The notes under the pieces: generated by a model
The model's database searches: none
Seen by the model: only the letters and a program-made list of their open reading frames with translations
Told to the model about the DNA's origin: nothing
Shown here: one piece after another, positions 13,337 to 27,625 of the stretch
Layout: every line of letters starts with the position of its first letter
How positions within the stretch are numbered: position 1 is the stretch's first letter
Translations under genes and position numbers: made by a program
From: Lytechinus pictus
Lineage: Eukaryota
Length of the DNA: 64,000 nt
Direction of reading: 5' to 3'
Assembly (NCBI RefSeq): GCF_037042905.1
Contig: NC_087252.1
Location: forward strand, 21,578,001 to 21,642,000

Positions 13337-15704
13337 TGATAGCAGAATCCTGCACAATGAGAGATTGAGAGGAAGAGGGGGAGGGGGGGGGGGGCAGAGA
13401 GGGAGAGAGAGAGAGAGAAGAGAGGAGATGAAAGGTTGTGGGATATGGAAAGTACTGAATGAATACATGTAAGAAATGAATAATTAGGTGGCCTAAATTA
13501 GACTCTGCATTAGCTACATGCCCAAAGTCATTAACTTAAGTGTATGGAATATAGTTTGTGCAGAGATCTTGTCCCTCGTTTCAAAGTTGATTTTTCCCCT
13601 AAAAAGTAGAATTTGGAAAAAGACATAATCGCAGATAAAGTGGAATTCAGAAAGGAAATAAATTATTGCATCTATGATTTTTGTCTCTTTCCTTCGAGGA
13701 GACCTAAAAAAATTGGAGCAATGCTGCGAGGAACTGTTCAGAGTAGCGTAGAGAGGGGTATAAGGGAGGAAATAAAAAGAGTTTAAAGGGAAGAGGAAGA
13801 TATGGTGTAAAGTTAGAAAAAGGAAGAGAAAGGAGAGGATGGAGGAAGAGAGGGAAAGATTGAGAGGAAGGAATACAGATCAGACACAGAGACAAGGAAT
13901 GAGAGAGAAAATAAAGACTGAGAAAGACAGAGTTAGAGAAACAGACAGAGTGAAGGTTTGAGAGAGTGTTGGAGAGCCACATAGAAACAGAGAGAGTAAG
14001 AAAGAGAAAAAAGTGAGATAGAGACAGACAGAGTAGAAGAGAGATAGCAAGAGAGTGAGAGAGAAACATAATCTGATAACCTTCATTGAAATAGTATCAA
14101 ACAAGAAAGACAATCATTTACACAGAAAGCGAAACAGGCAGTGAATAAAACACCTTGTACAAAAAGTGGAAAATCACCCCCAACTGGCCTTAAAACAAAA
14201 ATTGTCAGAAGAGATTTTTGGTAATGTACTAGCTTTTTATTGAAGAATAACAAAAGTGATGCATTGGGACTCGGGGCCGAGACTTGAAAATGTGAAACAT
14301 AGGGGGGAACATATGAGGATAAGTTAAAAAAAAAAGAGAAGTGGGAAAATTTATATTATCAAATAAAATGGAGAGAAAAAAGATTTGTAAGGTGTGTATG
14401 ACAAGATTTTATAATGAACCATCTGCAAAAACAAGAGGAGGCGATTCTGTTGCATGATGGGATATTTTTCAGTCAGCAACCGCCGTCATAGTTTGAGGGG
14501 ATTTTCACCTTGTAGCAGCAAGCTCTGTAGGTATGTTTTCACAGTGGTTGGGAAATTGGATTAAAAAGCTATAGAGATGTCAAATTTGAAAGGGTTGGAT
14601 TTGATTCGGGAAGAAAAATGTATGACAGTGTGCCGAGGTGTATGAATAAATATGTGACAGATATCCCAAGGAATATTGTTAGTGTATATCTATTATGAGG
14701 GCTTTGCCCTGAAGCATGGGAAAGTAGAGACGAGTTCATTGAATGATTGTGATATTTTTTTTTTGGTGGAGGTGTGTGTGGGGGGGGGGGGGGTTAAATG
14801 GCATGGATAGAAAATCAAATTTCGATTGTAGGGAGGGGAAAGGGAAAAATAGTTGCTGATAAATGAAACATTGAAAAGAAGTAGATTTATTGAAAAAAGT
14901 ATATATATATATATGGTTACAGCTTAATGCAAAGGACACAATATATATGCACATTATAGTTAGGCATACAGTACATATAACTCAAGAATGAAACTTTGAA
15001 CGATGTTTTGCATACACAAATTTTGCAATTTTTTAATTGTTAAGACTCTTTTTTTAACAGAACAGAATTTAAATGTGGAATTGTAGAGGTTCTAGTCTTC
15101 AGAGGTTTTGCAAAGTAGGACATTTTTTTTGCAGAAACTGTCAAATAGCAAAATGAAGAGAAAGAAATATTCTGCTAGGAAACTTTGAAAGCACAACCAA
15201 GCAATTTCTCCCTGGTCCGCGAGTCAATGATCGAAACCAACATGAAAAAAACCCCATGAAGATTCTTGGAGGAAATCATTTGTCATCATACTCCGTGGCA
15301 TCACCTGTATTTTCCTTTCCTGTTTGATTTCCCAAGCCCCTGCAATCAGCATAGATCCCTTTTCATCAAACTCAAGGTCGCAACCCTTCTTCCACCTCGC
15401 TAATTTCATTTCGTCCCACCAATTGACGCTATTACTCATGTCATTCCTTTTCCCCATCGCCCCGTCACCCCAACCCAACTTTGATTTTTTCCCCCCGATA
15501 CATCGTCTTGAATAGTCTTTCGATCCATGGCATGACTAAGAATGTTTTTCCACGTTCCCTCTCTCTCAACTTTCCTCTCCGAGGCAAGTTTGCTTCATTT
15601 CCCCTCCCCCCGTTCCCCCTTTCCGTTGAGCTCAGATAATCATTTTTGATTTTGCTTTTTTTTTGGTTGCTGGTTCGATTAGTGATTCATGAATGTGACA
15701 TCTG

Positions 15705-15834
15705 GCCCCCATGACATAAATCTCAGTAATTGATCATGGGGCCAATTTCTACGACTGATCATACAGAATAACACATGTAATCAATTGTAGAGATTGGTCT
15801 CGCGATCAATCGCTAAGCCTTATGCTAAAGGGCC
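15705..15834. mobile_element. Near-palindromic PIF/Harbinger-like MITE
   Basis: Imperfect inverted arms of about 55 bp (gcccccatgacataaatctcagtaattgatcatggggccaatttctac / gtagagattggtctcgcgatcaatcgctaagccttatgctaaagggcc); CTG on both flanks. Confidence 0.7.
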
Positions 15835-16579
15835 CTGAAATGATTGGGACATTTGGTTCTCCTTCACCTGGAATGTAACTGTTATGTTTGTCAGTAGTAG
15901 ACAAGAATGATCAAGTTGTTGAGTTCATTCATGGATGATACGGATGATGGTAATCATTGCTTTCTTTTGATTAATGCTTAGTACACCCTAAATGAACCAT
16001 GAATGTTTTTAGTATATTAATGAAAACATTTATCAAGTATTTCATTTGTTAACTTTAAGAAGCATTGTTAAGTACATAAAGTATTTTTTTTCAGGAGACA
16101 AGAACTTCTGCTATTCCACATTTGAAAATTGTTATGTTAGGAAAGATACACAGAGACTTAACTATCTTTTTAATGCATTTGTGTATACATGCAAAACAGC
16201 ATTCAAAATAATTTTTGAGTTTTAAGTAGGCCTAACTCTGATGTGCATATATATCATGTCCAATGCATGCATTTAAATTAATGTTTATCTACATTTGTAT
16301 TCCATTAAATTTATTGTAGGTTGTCTTAAATGAGTCAACAGTAGAGCAGCACAGTCATCTTGGCTCTAGACAGAAAAGCAATCAAACTCAACTTGAACGG
16401 GCCAATCAAAACCATTCTTCCGTGTGTATCATGTTCAAAAGATGGATCAGTAGCCAACCAGAATTGTCGTTTGATATTTGTAATCAATCACAAACTCTTG
16501 AGAGGTTCATATCTACCATAGATCTACCCTGGAAATGATTTGATCAATTTTTGTTTACTTCTGTCTTTTTTTACAGCTG

Positions 16580-17205
16580 TTTCCCCATTTAATCCCCTCC
16601 CGTGCCAGCTATAATTTTCTATCTTTTTCTGTCTTTCTCACCCCTATTACACACTTCCCCTCCCACTTACCCTATTTATTTTCACCTTGTCCTTACACCA
16701 TTAACCTTAATCCCCAGCCCAGCCCCCCACACCCATCTGGCTAATCCCCCATTCCACTTGCTTGACTCCCTTGCCTTCCTCACATAATCCTTGACCCTCA
16801 TTTACCCCCTTACTCACCCCCTTTCATGATATCCACCCACTCCTGCCTTCTTTGTAATCTACTAATGCACCATCTTTCCTTAATCCTCAACATCCCACTT
16901 ACCCCTCTTAAGTCCCTCAATTCCCTTGCCCCCCTCTCCTTAATCCCTTACCCTCTTCCCATCCATTACCCTTCTCAGTTACCCCCTATGCCCTATTCCT
17001 CCCCCTTTTCCCACCCTTTTGCACCCTCATATTATCCTTCCCATCAATAATCCACCCCTTCTTACCCCCCTCTGCCACCTCCGATCTATTACCCCTCGCC
17101 CTTCAAAATCCCTTTATCTCTCCCAATCCTCAACACCCCACTTACCCCTCTTAAATCCCCTAATTCCCTCGCCCCCCTCTCCTTAATCCCTTCCCCTCTT
17201 CCCTC
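16580..17205. repeat. C-rich low-complexity tract with an internal ~80-bp duplication (16881-16960 and 17125-17203)
   Basis: aatcctcaaca.cccacttaccc...gcccccctctccttaatccctt.ccctcttccc present twice. Confidence 0.8.
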
Positions 17206-19854
17206 CTGTCAATCATCTAGCCTCCTCACCGAGGCGGGATATGACCATCACCCGTAATGATAATTTATCTTGTCATCCACAATTCTATTGATTTTTATTT
17301 TCTTCCATTTTTTTCCCCTCTCGTCCATCCTCCCGTGGTCCTCATCTTTTTCTCCCGTCTCATGAGTTTTCATAGAATCGTGACCATGAGCTTGATTGGA
17401 AAGTCTCTTGGAGCGTTAGTAGGCTAAGCTTCTCATTTCACTACCAAAAGCCACTCTCTTCTTTAGATGGGTATTTAACATGCTGTATAACAGAAATATA
17501 TTAGCAGTTCAAATGACTGATTAATACCATTTTCTTTTTGCGATATTTTTAGAGTAGTCGTATTTATATTTTTTCATTAGTAGCTTGTTTTGTTGATCTT
17601 GTTTGTCTCTTGTGAAGGAATGGGGGAATAAATATCATTTCCTATTTTTATGATTTAACAAATATATTGTACTCATTTTTTGCATATCATTGTTTTTCTT
17701 TTCTGTTTTTGCTGATCCATGATGGAAATGGTTTGGAAGAGAGAAAATACCAAAAATATGTTTCTTGTTTATCTTTTGTCCGACAAGTTCTTCACAAATG
17801 TTTGTTCTAAATTTCCATACTACAATTATAGCATGAATCTCATATGTACACTTGAGCCTTTAAACAGATTCATATATCAAATTCTTTACAAATGGTTTTA
17901 ACCATTCTTATAACTTCATATGTTTTGCAATACTCACAAACAAGATGTCTCATACATTTATACTAAATGTCATGAAAGTTTTTCACTCTGAATTTGAAAA
18001 GGGGATGATGAATCGAACTTTTCAGACAGAGTCAATGCCTTCCCACTTGAACCAGGTAATCTATAAAGTGTATGGAATCACAAACTTCAGTACTAAATGT
18101 GTTAATCCTTGGCAGTGAACTCGCGTCAACTTAAATCTTTCTTTTCGATTGGGACATTCTATACATCACAGTCACAAACCCCTATTGTCATTATGCTTAG
18201 GACAGTTATAGACAATGTTTCTGAAGATTAAGCCCTTGCATCCCATGTACCAACACATCTATACATTTCGTATAGACGTAGGCGTGTTCAGCATGGGGAG
18301 GGTTAATGAGGTAGTCCACCTGCGGATCTTCGTTTCCTTCTCCGTCTTTTAACCCGCTTTAATACCTGACAGTAAGGAAGGATGAGTCATCCCGGTCTGG
18401 GGGTGCGCCGCGCCGTCGTCACTGACACTTTCGCAAGCGCTCGATGGGCCACCCACAGGTAGCCTACAGGCCAGGCATCCAGCCATAATTCACTGTACAA
18501 ACAACACTTCCAAGGAGAGAGAACGACCCGGCGACACTCACTCGCCCTCTTCCAATTTTTTCACTCCAGCATCCCGCCACCCTCATCCGTTTTCCCCTCT
18601 CCTCCGCCGTTGTCGGAGGAAATTAATCATTATGTTATCCCCTATCTGCGGGGCAACCCCCTTCCTCACCACCTTTACCAAATCCCTCTTTTACCCCTCT
18701 TTTGGAATGTCATCGCCCCCTGTCTACCAGCCATGGCAGACAGCAACTGGTAGTCGTGTGCCGACTCTACCGGTAGAAGATCTCATCTCGCCCCCCTCAT
18801 CACTCTTCTTGCTTGTAATATTGCCATAAAACATGTGTCACCATCTTTCCAGCGATCAATCTCATGTATTTGTGCTCACATTAAAGCATCAAACACTCCC
18901 CCCTTATTTTTCCTTTTTGATTTGGTGCTTGAGTCATTGTTCGCGTTCCGCTGCCATGTTTGATAAAGTTTGCCATCATCAAAAGTGCAAAGTCTGTCTT
19001 GTCAGAACAAAATTCCCTGAAAGATGTGGCTTTTAATCACATGAAAGGAAATTTGTAGTCCTTTTGTCAGTTGGTTGAAGGAATTCACTTGTTTTATTTT
19101 CTTGATGATTACAAAAAAAAATCAGATTTTCAGCTTAGTCAGGAACATATGAGCTGTCAGGCTCTTTAAACAAATCCACTTTTCTATTTTGCACATTCCT
19201 ACATTTACAGGAGTAATGGTAGTAGTATGATGTTTTCAATTTCACACTCCCAGTCTTCACTGTACATTTTGATTTGCAAGATTTTAAACAAAATATTGTC
19301 ATAGTAGGGCAATAAAATATGTATGTAATTTTCTGTCTCTGATTTCTTGTTCTTTTGACAGTCTGTAATGTTCTCAAAGGACCACGACTGGTTAGTTTAT
19401 GAAGTGAAGTAAGACTTGAGAGAAATGGAGGTAGGACATACAAAAAGGGGATCATTTTATGGAAAGCCCTGTATAAAAGGACAGGGATCTTAAACCATCA
19501 ATACCAGTTTTACAATTTTTAAATTACTTTCATCAAGATCAACATCTAGACCACTTTTATCACAATCTTTTATCACCTCCATCATTATTACATTACCTCT
19601 ACCATCACAACAGCCGTAAATACTTTTGCCGCTAAGACCACAAGTACAACACCACTGCTTTTATCTTCACCAACATATTCATGAGGATCACTACAACCAC
19701 CACCACCACCATCAACTGTACACTACCACAAAGCACCATTATTACCACCTCCAATGCCACCACACCCACCATTACCTTGGCCGTCATTACCACTATCACC
19801 AGCACCACCATCACTAATATATTACCGTCACCTCATCCACCCTTTTAAGATCTC

Positions 19855-20170
19855 ACCCACCACCATTAGTACCATCACCAACAATACCACCGCCATCACC
19901 ACCACCATCACCACCACCATCACCGCCTCCACCGCCACCACCACCAACACTACCAACACTACCACTACCACCACCACTATCACCACCACTACCACTACCA
20001 CCACCACCACCACCACTATCACCACCACCATCACCACCACCACCACTATCACCACCACTCACCACCACTACCACTACCACCACCACCACCACCACTATCA
20101 CCACCACCACCACCACCACCACCACTATCACCACCACTCACCACCGCCGCCACCACCACCACCACCATTA
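19855..20170. repeat. (CAC/CAT/ACT)n trinucleotide tract
   Basis: Directly visible; explains the poly-T/H/V/G ORFs. Confidence 0.95.
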
Positions 20171-22274
20171 TCATCTTCCCCATTACCATACACATGATCA
20201 CCATCACCACTTCTGCTTTTCCCTTCTTTTTCTACCACTATAGTCCTCATACCAGTACTCTAATACCGCCCACCAAATCGTCGTCATCCTTCCAGAATCC
20301 CCCCTCCCTCCCTATCTCCATCATTAATAACTAGACTGGTCCTAAGCCCTTGTACATTTCTCCTTCATTATGCAAATTGATTTCTAATTTTCTCATCCAA
20401 CTGCTCCCACCAACCCCTAATAAAAATGTATTCCATCCATCTCTTTCTCTCGCATGAATTCATCTTCTTGTTTTTCCATCTCAACGACATGTTCCTTTTT
20501 TCATCCTCATCCCCTCGTCTCCCTCCTAAGAATGATTACTCCAACCTTGGAGAAATGAGTAATTTAATCGCTCATTCATGCATTGTCAAAAAACAAGTCT
20601 TTATTACCTTCCCAAATACCGGGATCAATACAAGCCCATTATTTTGGTTCTCTTTGAGGATGGAAGAACTAAATTGGACCAGATTAGAGTACCGTCCATT
20701 CAGAGTTGCAATTGTGGAGTTACCTTCCCAGTTTGCCATTTTAGATTGCATCCATGCGAGCTTTCGTGATAAACCCTTTCATCACTGTTTCATTGGATTC
20801 TTATAATAAACTAGTGTTCAATTCTGGAGACAAACCATCCAGAATTCATGTTTTAGAGTTACAATTTGTTCATTTGCATCTTTGATCAAAAGTCTGCATT
20901 GTAACATAAATTTGAGTTTTCTTACAGCAAGAACCAATGTTGCCTTTAAGCGCCAACAGCATTAATCATCCTATCCCTCTACTTATGTGTTTTGTTTGGA
21001 GATAAAATGATCAGGAAATGATAAGTCATTAACTGACATAATTTGGAATATGAGCAATATGTATAAGAGAATTATATATGTAGAATTGAGGTTGGTAAGA
21101 TTGGCAGTCCATATTTTCTATTTGATAAAATGGCTTTAGAATTGTTCGTATTCTGTGAGATATCCTATTAGAAATAAAAGCTTTTCCAATTACTCGTGTG
21201 AAAGGTTTCTCAATTACTCATATTATTTCATTTCTGTTCATTTTAGCAGTTGGCATCACTTTCATTACCCCCATCCAGCCAACTCATAAAGGCAGATTAA
21301 AAAAAAGGGAGGTTCTTAATTTCCTCTACTTTCTGTACAATCTGTAATGCTCTTCCTGTCCTGGTGTAAAGCTCGCCTACAGGTTGAACTGCACAAGTGC
21401 CTTTGCCTTAGACAGTAACATGGCATTTGTCTGCGATAGCACGATGTCTAATTAGCTTGAAAGTGAGAGATGGGGGAATCCGTTGGTGGACCAGAAACGG
21501 GATCGGTGTCGTCTAAGTGAGGGAGATGAAATAACGCACATTAATCTCCCTGAAATCTCCTCCACACAAAAAGTCCTAAATTGAAAACGCATCTGCACTT
21601 TGAAGTCGCTTCGTCTCAATATCCCCTCCGCCTCGAAAAGTACAAACAGAGAATGTGGCATATTTTCAGGGATATGAATTAGCTGGATTTTGAAAATGGA
21701 AAATGCCAATGTGAAATTGATTTATAGCGAGATTGCAGGCCTCCGTTGGGGTCTGCCTCTGTTGTGGTTTATCGCAGCGACGGCTTTCAGCAAAATTGAC
21801 GATGGATGAATTTATGGTTTAGTGCAAAATGGTTTCATGCATCGGGTCTGTGAATAGGATAGGGGCCCGATTTATCAATGCACTATAATGCACTTTAGGA
21901 AATGTATCACTTTGTAGGCTTTTAGGATAAGGAGTATCTGTATTATTTTATATTCTTTACAAGATTCTAGCGGTCTTACTCCTTGCTTGAAAGCTCCTTG
22001 CTTTTATTCAGTTGACCCTTTCTGTGTTTATCTTTGTGAAGGTGGAAAAGCCATAGTATCAATATTCATTTGTATTGCTAGAGCTACCTTACATTTTTAT
22101 TCATTTTGCTCTTGCTTTTGTTTTTTGTTGCTATTTTCTTTTCATCTTCAAATTCATTCTTTTTTGTGCCATTTTCCTCCTTAAATATATATTTTTTTTT
22201 GTAATTATGTTTGTTCTGATCTTACTCCTTTTTTCCTGGCCATTTTGTATAGAAATACTATCTAAATTTCCATA

Positions 22275-22409
22275 CACTCTAAATATACGAAAAGATGGAA
22301 AAGGGTCAATCGCCCTTTAAAAGGGGCGAGGTGTGAACATGTTTTGAAAAAGGTTGGAAAATACTCCTTGGCCCTTTTCCAGCCTTTTCACCTTTTGTGT
22401 TTTAGAGTG
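22275..22409. mobile_element. CMC/EnSpm-like MITE
   Basis: TA|CACTCTAAA...TTTAGAGTG|TG; subterminal GGAAAAGGGTCAA / TTGGCCCTTTTCC inverted pair. Confidence 0.65.
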
Positions 22410-24486
22410 TGTACACAGAAATTGAATAATTGCTCTAAAGTGTTTCAATTCCCTCCGCCCTGAATTTGTTATGAATCTTTCCTTCTCTTTCTCTCTAGTC
22501 TCTTTAGCTCTTTATTTTACCATCTCTCTCTGTTGCTGTCACTCTTTTATCCATCTCTCTTTCTCCCTCCAACTGTATCTCCTCATTTCCTCTTCTTTCT
22601 ATCTTGGTCCCATCTCATCTCAATGTCTCTTCCTTTATCCCGTTCCCTACAGACTGCCAAAAAAGGACAGTGTTAAAACTACACTGCGGGTGTTCACAGA
22701 GCACCACACAGAGCATTCTACACGAGTGTTAAGTCCATGGAGTTAGTTCATCACATATCTTGGTGTTATTCTAATACACTCTGCCATTTGTTTATTGTTT
22801 GGTGTTATGTAAAAAACTCTCTGGTGTATACTTAACGCCTGCAGGAGTGGTCCAGTCAAAACACTGACTTGTGGTGTTATTTACACTGCACGCCTTTTTC
22901 TTTTCTGTATATCTTGGGCTAGTCTGCTGTGAAATCCCTTCCCTCGAGTTAAGTGGTCTGAGTGCAAAGTCTACAATGACGTGTGTACTGAAGGCCCTCT
23001 CGCTCAGATTTTATATGTGCTAGTCTATGTGTAGAGACCCACTTGTTGATCAAAGTTTCAATCAGGGTTTGTGCCTGCAGATTATATAATTCTTGAGCAT
23101 ATTGGTACAGCTGTTCAGCGGCAGAAGGTTGTAATATTCATTGAAAATATATATATTGAATTAACATCTTTCTGATTCTTAGCTGAAGTGATGGTATGTC
23201 ATCATAGCAACTTGTGTGTAATAGAAGGATAGCCGTCCATAGCAAGCTGTGACAGTTAAATTGGCAACAATCACATGTTGATAAGGTCAGGAGGCGTTGT
23301 TGATATATCGTAAGTTCGGTGCTGAAAGGATGTAAGTTTGTGGTACCTCTTATGTTCTAATGACCTTCTGCTCCTGATTGGTCAATGCAGGGTGTTATGG
23401 TGGTTCACAAATAATTTTACTTTAGCTTTGAAAATGAGGGAAAATAAGAGAAAGATGGATTTGAAAGAAAAATGATTGTGAGATTGAAGGGTGAGTGCCA
23501 TCAGAAATGGTGAGAAAGAAGAAGAAAGAAGAAGAACATATGTATATAATATAGAGTGAAAAAGAGAGAAAGACAGACAGGTAGAGGGGAGAAAAAGGGA
23601 GGGGAACTGCGAGGAAAGGTAACAAGATGGAGAGAGGAAAAATGTAGAGAAAGAGTGAGAGAGACAGGCTAATCTAAAAATGGAAAAATGAAATGAAATG
23701 AAGATGAAAGAGATGAACAGAAAAGAAAGGAATGGAAAGTGTGAGCGAAAGAAAGAGAGTAAGAGAGAGAGAGTGTGTGTGAGTGATGTAATCATGACAT
23801 AGGAGCATGCCCTTAACACACAATTTAGATCACTTCTAAGAAACACTTGATAATCAAATTTCTCCTCAAGTTATAGGCATCCATTCCAAACAAATAAACA
23901 GCAAATACATCAGCAACATTATCACCAAACACCCACAAAGGCCAATACTCGTTAAAATGTACCAAGCCAGTTAAAATGAAATAAACAGGGTGGATTTTAG
24001 AGGACATTTCCGGCTGAGTGATAGAAGGGCCCTAGCCTGTTGTGTTTAACAAAGACCGAATGCCTTTATGACTTTGAGTCGAGGATAAGTGAGTCGCGGA
24101 AGGTCACAATGTCTTAAGTTTAAAGCAACAGATTCATTTGATGTAATGAATCAAGTGAATAGAGATGTATCGAAGGTCCACAACTGATCTCTTCCTCGCT
24201 GCATCACCCAAAAGGCAATAACAACTGTCTTGGTTTGCCTCATGTAATCTCAGTAAAACACTTATCACTTTATATGGGGAAAAAGAGAGATAGACAGAGA
24301 GTGAGAGAGAGGAAGAGATAGAGAAATAGGAAAGGAAGACAGAGAGAGAAATAGGAAAGGAAGACAGAGAGGTTAGAAAGAAAGAAACGTAGAGAAAGTG
24401 AGAGTGACTGATAGAGAGAGAGAAGAGAGAAAATCAAAGAAAAAACATACATTTCCTTCTTTCTCATTTGTTGATTCTTTTTCAGA

Positions 24487-24617
24487 CACGCTAAAAAACA
24501 AAGAGCTACGAAGAGCTAAATTCTCGTTCAAATTTGAACTAGACAAATCAGCACTCCGAAGTGCAGTCTCTATACATGCTCTTTAAGAGCTAAATTAGCT
24601 CTTCGTTTTTTAGAGTG
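24487..24617. mobile_element. CMC/EnSpm-like MITE
   Basis: TIRs CACGCTAAAAAACAAAGAGCTA and TAGCTCTTCGTTTTTTAGAGTG; repeated GAGCTA motifs; GA/TA flanks. Confidence 0.75.
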
Positions 24618-25039
24618 TATACTATGGCAAGGAGCGAGAGAAGTGAAGAGACAAAGACCGACAAACAGACAGACAGGTGGACAAGAGAGAGACAGAGAGA
24701 AAGAGGGTATAAGAGAACAGTTGGGGTTTTGAGATGAAATTGAATTTTGTTTGTTTTACCTTTCACATTTGATCTGCAAAGTTTCCTCTTCGATTCTTTG
24801 ATCCATCTTGTAACACATCTGTGTAGCTCATATAGATCGCTGTGTGTATTCCTTCCATTTCTTCTTGCGGATATAGCGTCTTGGTTATTTCTTCATGGGC
24901 TTCATGCGTGTATGTTCTTTCATCCTTCCCTATGCGGATAATCAATTATAAGTTATCTCACATACATTGTTTCTGGCTATACTTCTTACTTTTTTAATGA
25001 TATCCACTTTGTATCATAACACTTTTCATTAAAATCATA

Positions 25040-25372
25040 CACTCAAAACTGGTGTATAAATGACACCTGTCAGTGTTTTGAGAGCACCACGCCTAGCCCT
25101 TTACACCAGTGTCAGTTCATGTTATTTTATGCTAGTTAACACCCATCCATGTTATTATAACATATGGTGTTTATCTGAGACCATTTGGTGTTGTGTCCAA
25201 ACCCTAAGGTGTATTTTAACACCCGACAATATTGCTCTCAAGATAACACTGGCTGGTGTTGTTCTGAGATCATTTTGTGTTGTGTACAAACTCTAGGGTG
25301 TATTTTAACACCTGACACTATTGCCCTCTCGAGAACACTGGTTGGTGTTTTAACAATGTAGTTTTAACAGTG
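25040..25372. mobile_element. CMC/EnSpm-like MITE rich in AACAC/GTGTT motifs, with an internal 2 x ~89-bp duplication
   Basis: TA|CACTCAAAACT ... AGTTTTAACAGTG|TA; tctgaga.cattt.gtgttgtgt.caaac.cta.ggtgtattttaacacc.gaca twice; related AACAC-rich relics at ~22650-22910 and ~25485-25635. Confidence 0.65.
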
Positions 25373-26759
25373 TATGTCTCATGACAAAATTTAATTGAGG
25401 TAAAGTATCACAATTTCAGGAGCTTTTAACGGTATTCCTAGCAGCTGTTATTGAAAATAAGTTTTGTGAAATACATCCCAGATACTCTGGTGTAAATTAA
25501 AGGCCAGCTTGTTATGACCATACACACCAGAGAAGTGTTGGAACAACACTAGTTCAGCTTTGGGCTAACACTAGGTCAGTGTTTAAACACCTTGTCAGTT
25601 GGTGTTAAGATAATCTGTGTTCACATCTACTGTAGATGGCTATTTTAATGAAATTATTTTATTTAACTTTTTATTTCCTTTCCTTTATTTTTACCTGTTT
25701 TCCCCTGCCTTTCCCTATTTCTTTATCTTTCTCTATTCTTTCCATAAAGTATCTCCCAATTTCTTCCAATTCTTACTTTGCATTAACCTTTAATAATCTT
25801 ACCTGTCTCCATTTCTATAATCTCCTTTTTATGTTACATGTTCCAATTTTCAAAATTGTCCTTCTTGATATGTTCTCTATCTTTCTTCTCCCTTTTCAAT
25901 TAGTATGTTCGATACATTTTCTTTCTATTACTATTTATATCCTTTTACACATTCTCCGAACCTACTCATTTGATACTTCATTTGATACTTGAGTGTTTAT
26001 TTCATGACAAGTTAAAACCTCCAAACGAAAATAACTTTTTCACATAATTTAAAATAGGTCTTAAACGCGCACAATTTAATATATTTTCTTCATTTTTTGT
26101 AATTGAAAATGTACTCAACTTCTCCCCTCCAATTTTCTCCATCCCTACATCATTATACACCATCGACCCTAATTTGTCAACTGAAGCAGAGCTAATGATA
26201 CTCGGTCACATACATATTCTCCTCTTGTATCCGTCCATCAATGCATACCACATGATTTATTCTTGTTTATGCAACATGGTTTCCACTCCACTGGTTATGT
26301 TAAATGTGGGCCCTCCGTTATGTGACATACTAATGTCAGAAAAGGGTCATGCATTAACAGCCGAGAGCACCTAAGGAATAAGCCAAAGGCATATGTAAGG
26401 CATTTCATTTACATGTGGAATCTACTCTCACCATCCCCCTTTCTTGTAAACAAGAAAAATGGTTGACTTTTCTTCTAAGATGTCCTACGATTCCCTTTTC
26501 CGTCCTTTACGAAGCTTGACCCAACTTCCCCATCTCCTTGTGTTTGCGTGGATATCCCGCAACGTAGCAAGGTTCGTGACAGAATGATGGTCTTTAATCC
26601 GACGCGAGGATGTCCCCGTGGAGCCCTCTCTAAACCCTCGGCATTAGGAATAACAAGCATTAGCGAAGGTTTCGTGCCTGAAGCTTGGCCTGGTATTGCT
26701 TCGGTATTCCCTGTAGAGTCAGGAAAGTCAAATGCGTTGTCCAAGGTCCAGTGAATGGC

Positions 26760-27370
26760 TTTGACACCAGTCCTGACCTGTAGGTGAAAAAGAAATTCAG
26801 AATGTACATGTTTAGGAGAAGGAGGTGATTGGAACAACACCTTTTGACACCCAACCTATAGATGGAAAAGAAATTGTGCATGTATGTATGGGAGATGAAG
26901 GTGACTGAAATATTACATTTCTTACACCTGACATGGGTGACACCCGACCTATAGGTGAAAAAGAAATTCTGCATGTATGTGTGGAGAGGGAGGCAAAGAG
27001 TAGGATCTAGGAACATTACCTTTTGACACATGACCTATGGGTGAAAAATAATTTCTGCATGTATACCCAGTTGTTGTGTGTCCGGACGATCAATTTTAGA
27101 AAGTCATTTGGAAACATTTACAAGCGAAGTTTCATCATTTTTAGTACAAAATGTTAGGAAATTAGAGAACAAAAAAGAAGATGATTACAACTGTTGAATT
27201 CTTTTTTTTTATAGTGTTTTAAATCCAAAGACAAAAAAGAAGGCTTCAAAAATATAAAGTGTCCGGACACCCGACCCCCCATCCTATGTGTAAAGAGGGA
27301 AGTGAAAAGAAGGACCTCAAAAGATTCCATTTTGACACTTGACCTGTGGGTGAAAAAGAAATTCTGCATG
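26760..27370. repeat. Diverged ~85-bp tandem repeat (about 4 units plus one displaced unit at ~27331)
   Basis: Recurring tttgacac...gacct(a/g)taggtgaaaaagaaattctgcatgt. Confidence 0.8.
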
Positions 27371-27410
27371 TTTCATGGAGGTAGGTGAAGAGGTGGGCTG
27401 TGCTTCTAGT

Positions 27411-27625
27411 CAGCTTTAGTTCGAGCTGCCACTTCCACAAACTCAGTGCATCCAAGGAATGAATCTTGTTTCTAAGTCCACACTCACCTCGCCTGGGTTG
27501 AGTGCAGCACTGGTGGATAAATTGGATCTGCATCTTGCTGAAGGAATGCATGCCCTGGCTAGTAATTGGACCCCTGACCCTGGTTTGAAGGATCAGGGTG
27601 GGTATCACCGGACCATGCTGTGTCC
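27411..27625 (-). mobile_element. Degenerate tRNA-derived SINE (family A)
   Basis: ctcacctcgcctgggttgagtgcagcac...tggataaatt...tcttgctgaaggaa body shared with the 44923-45188 copy. Confidence 0.8.

Noticed and set aside
19626..20197. Poly-Thr/His/Val/Gly ORFs
   Set aside because: Trinucleotide microsatellite
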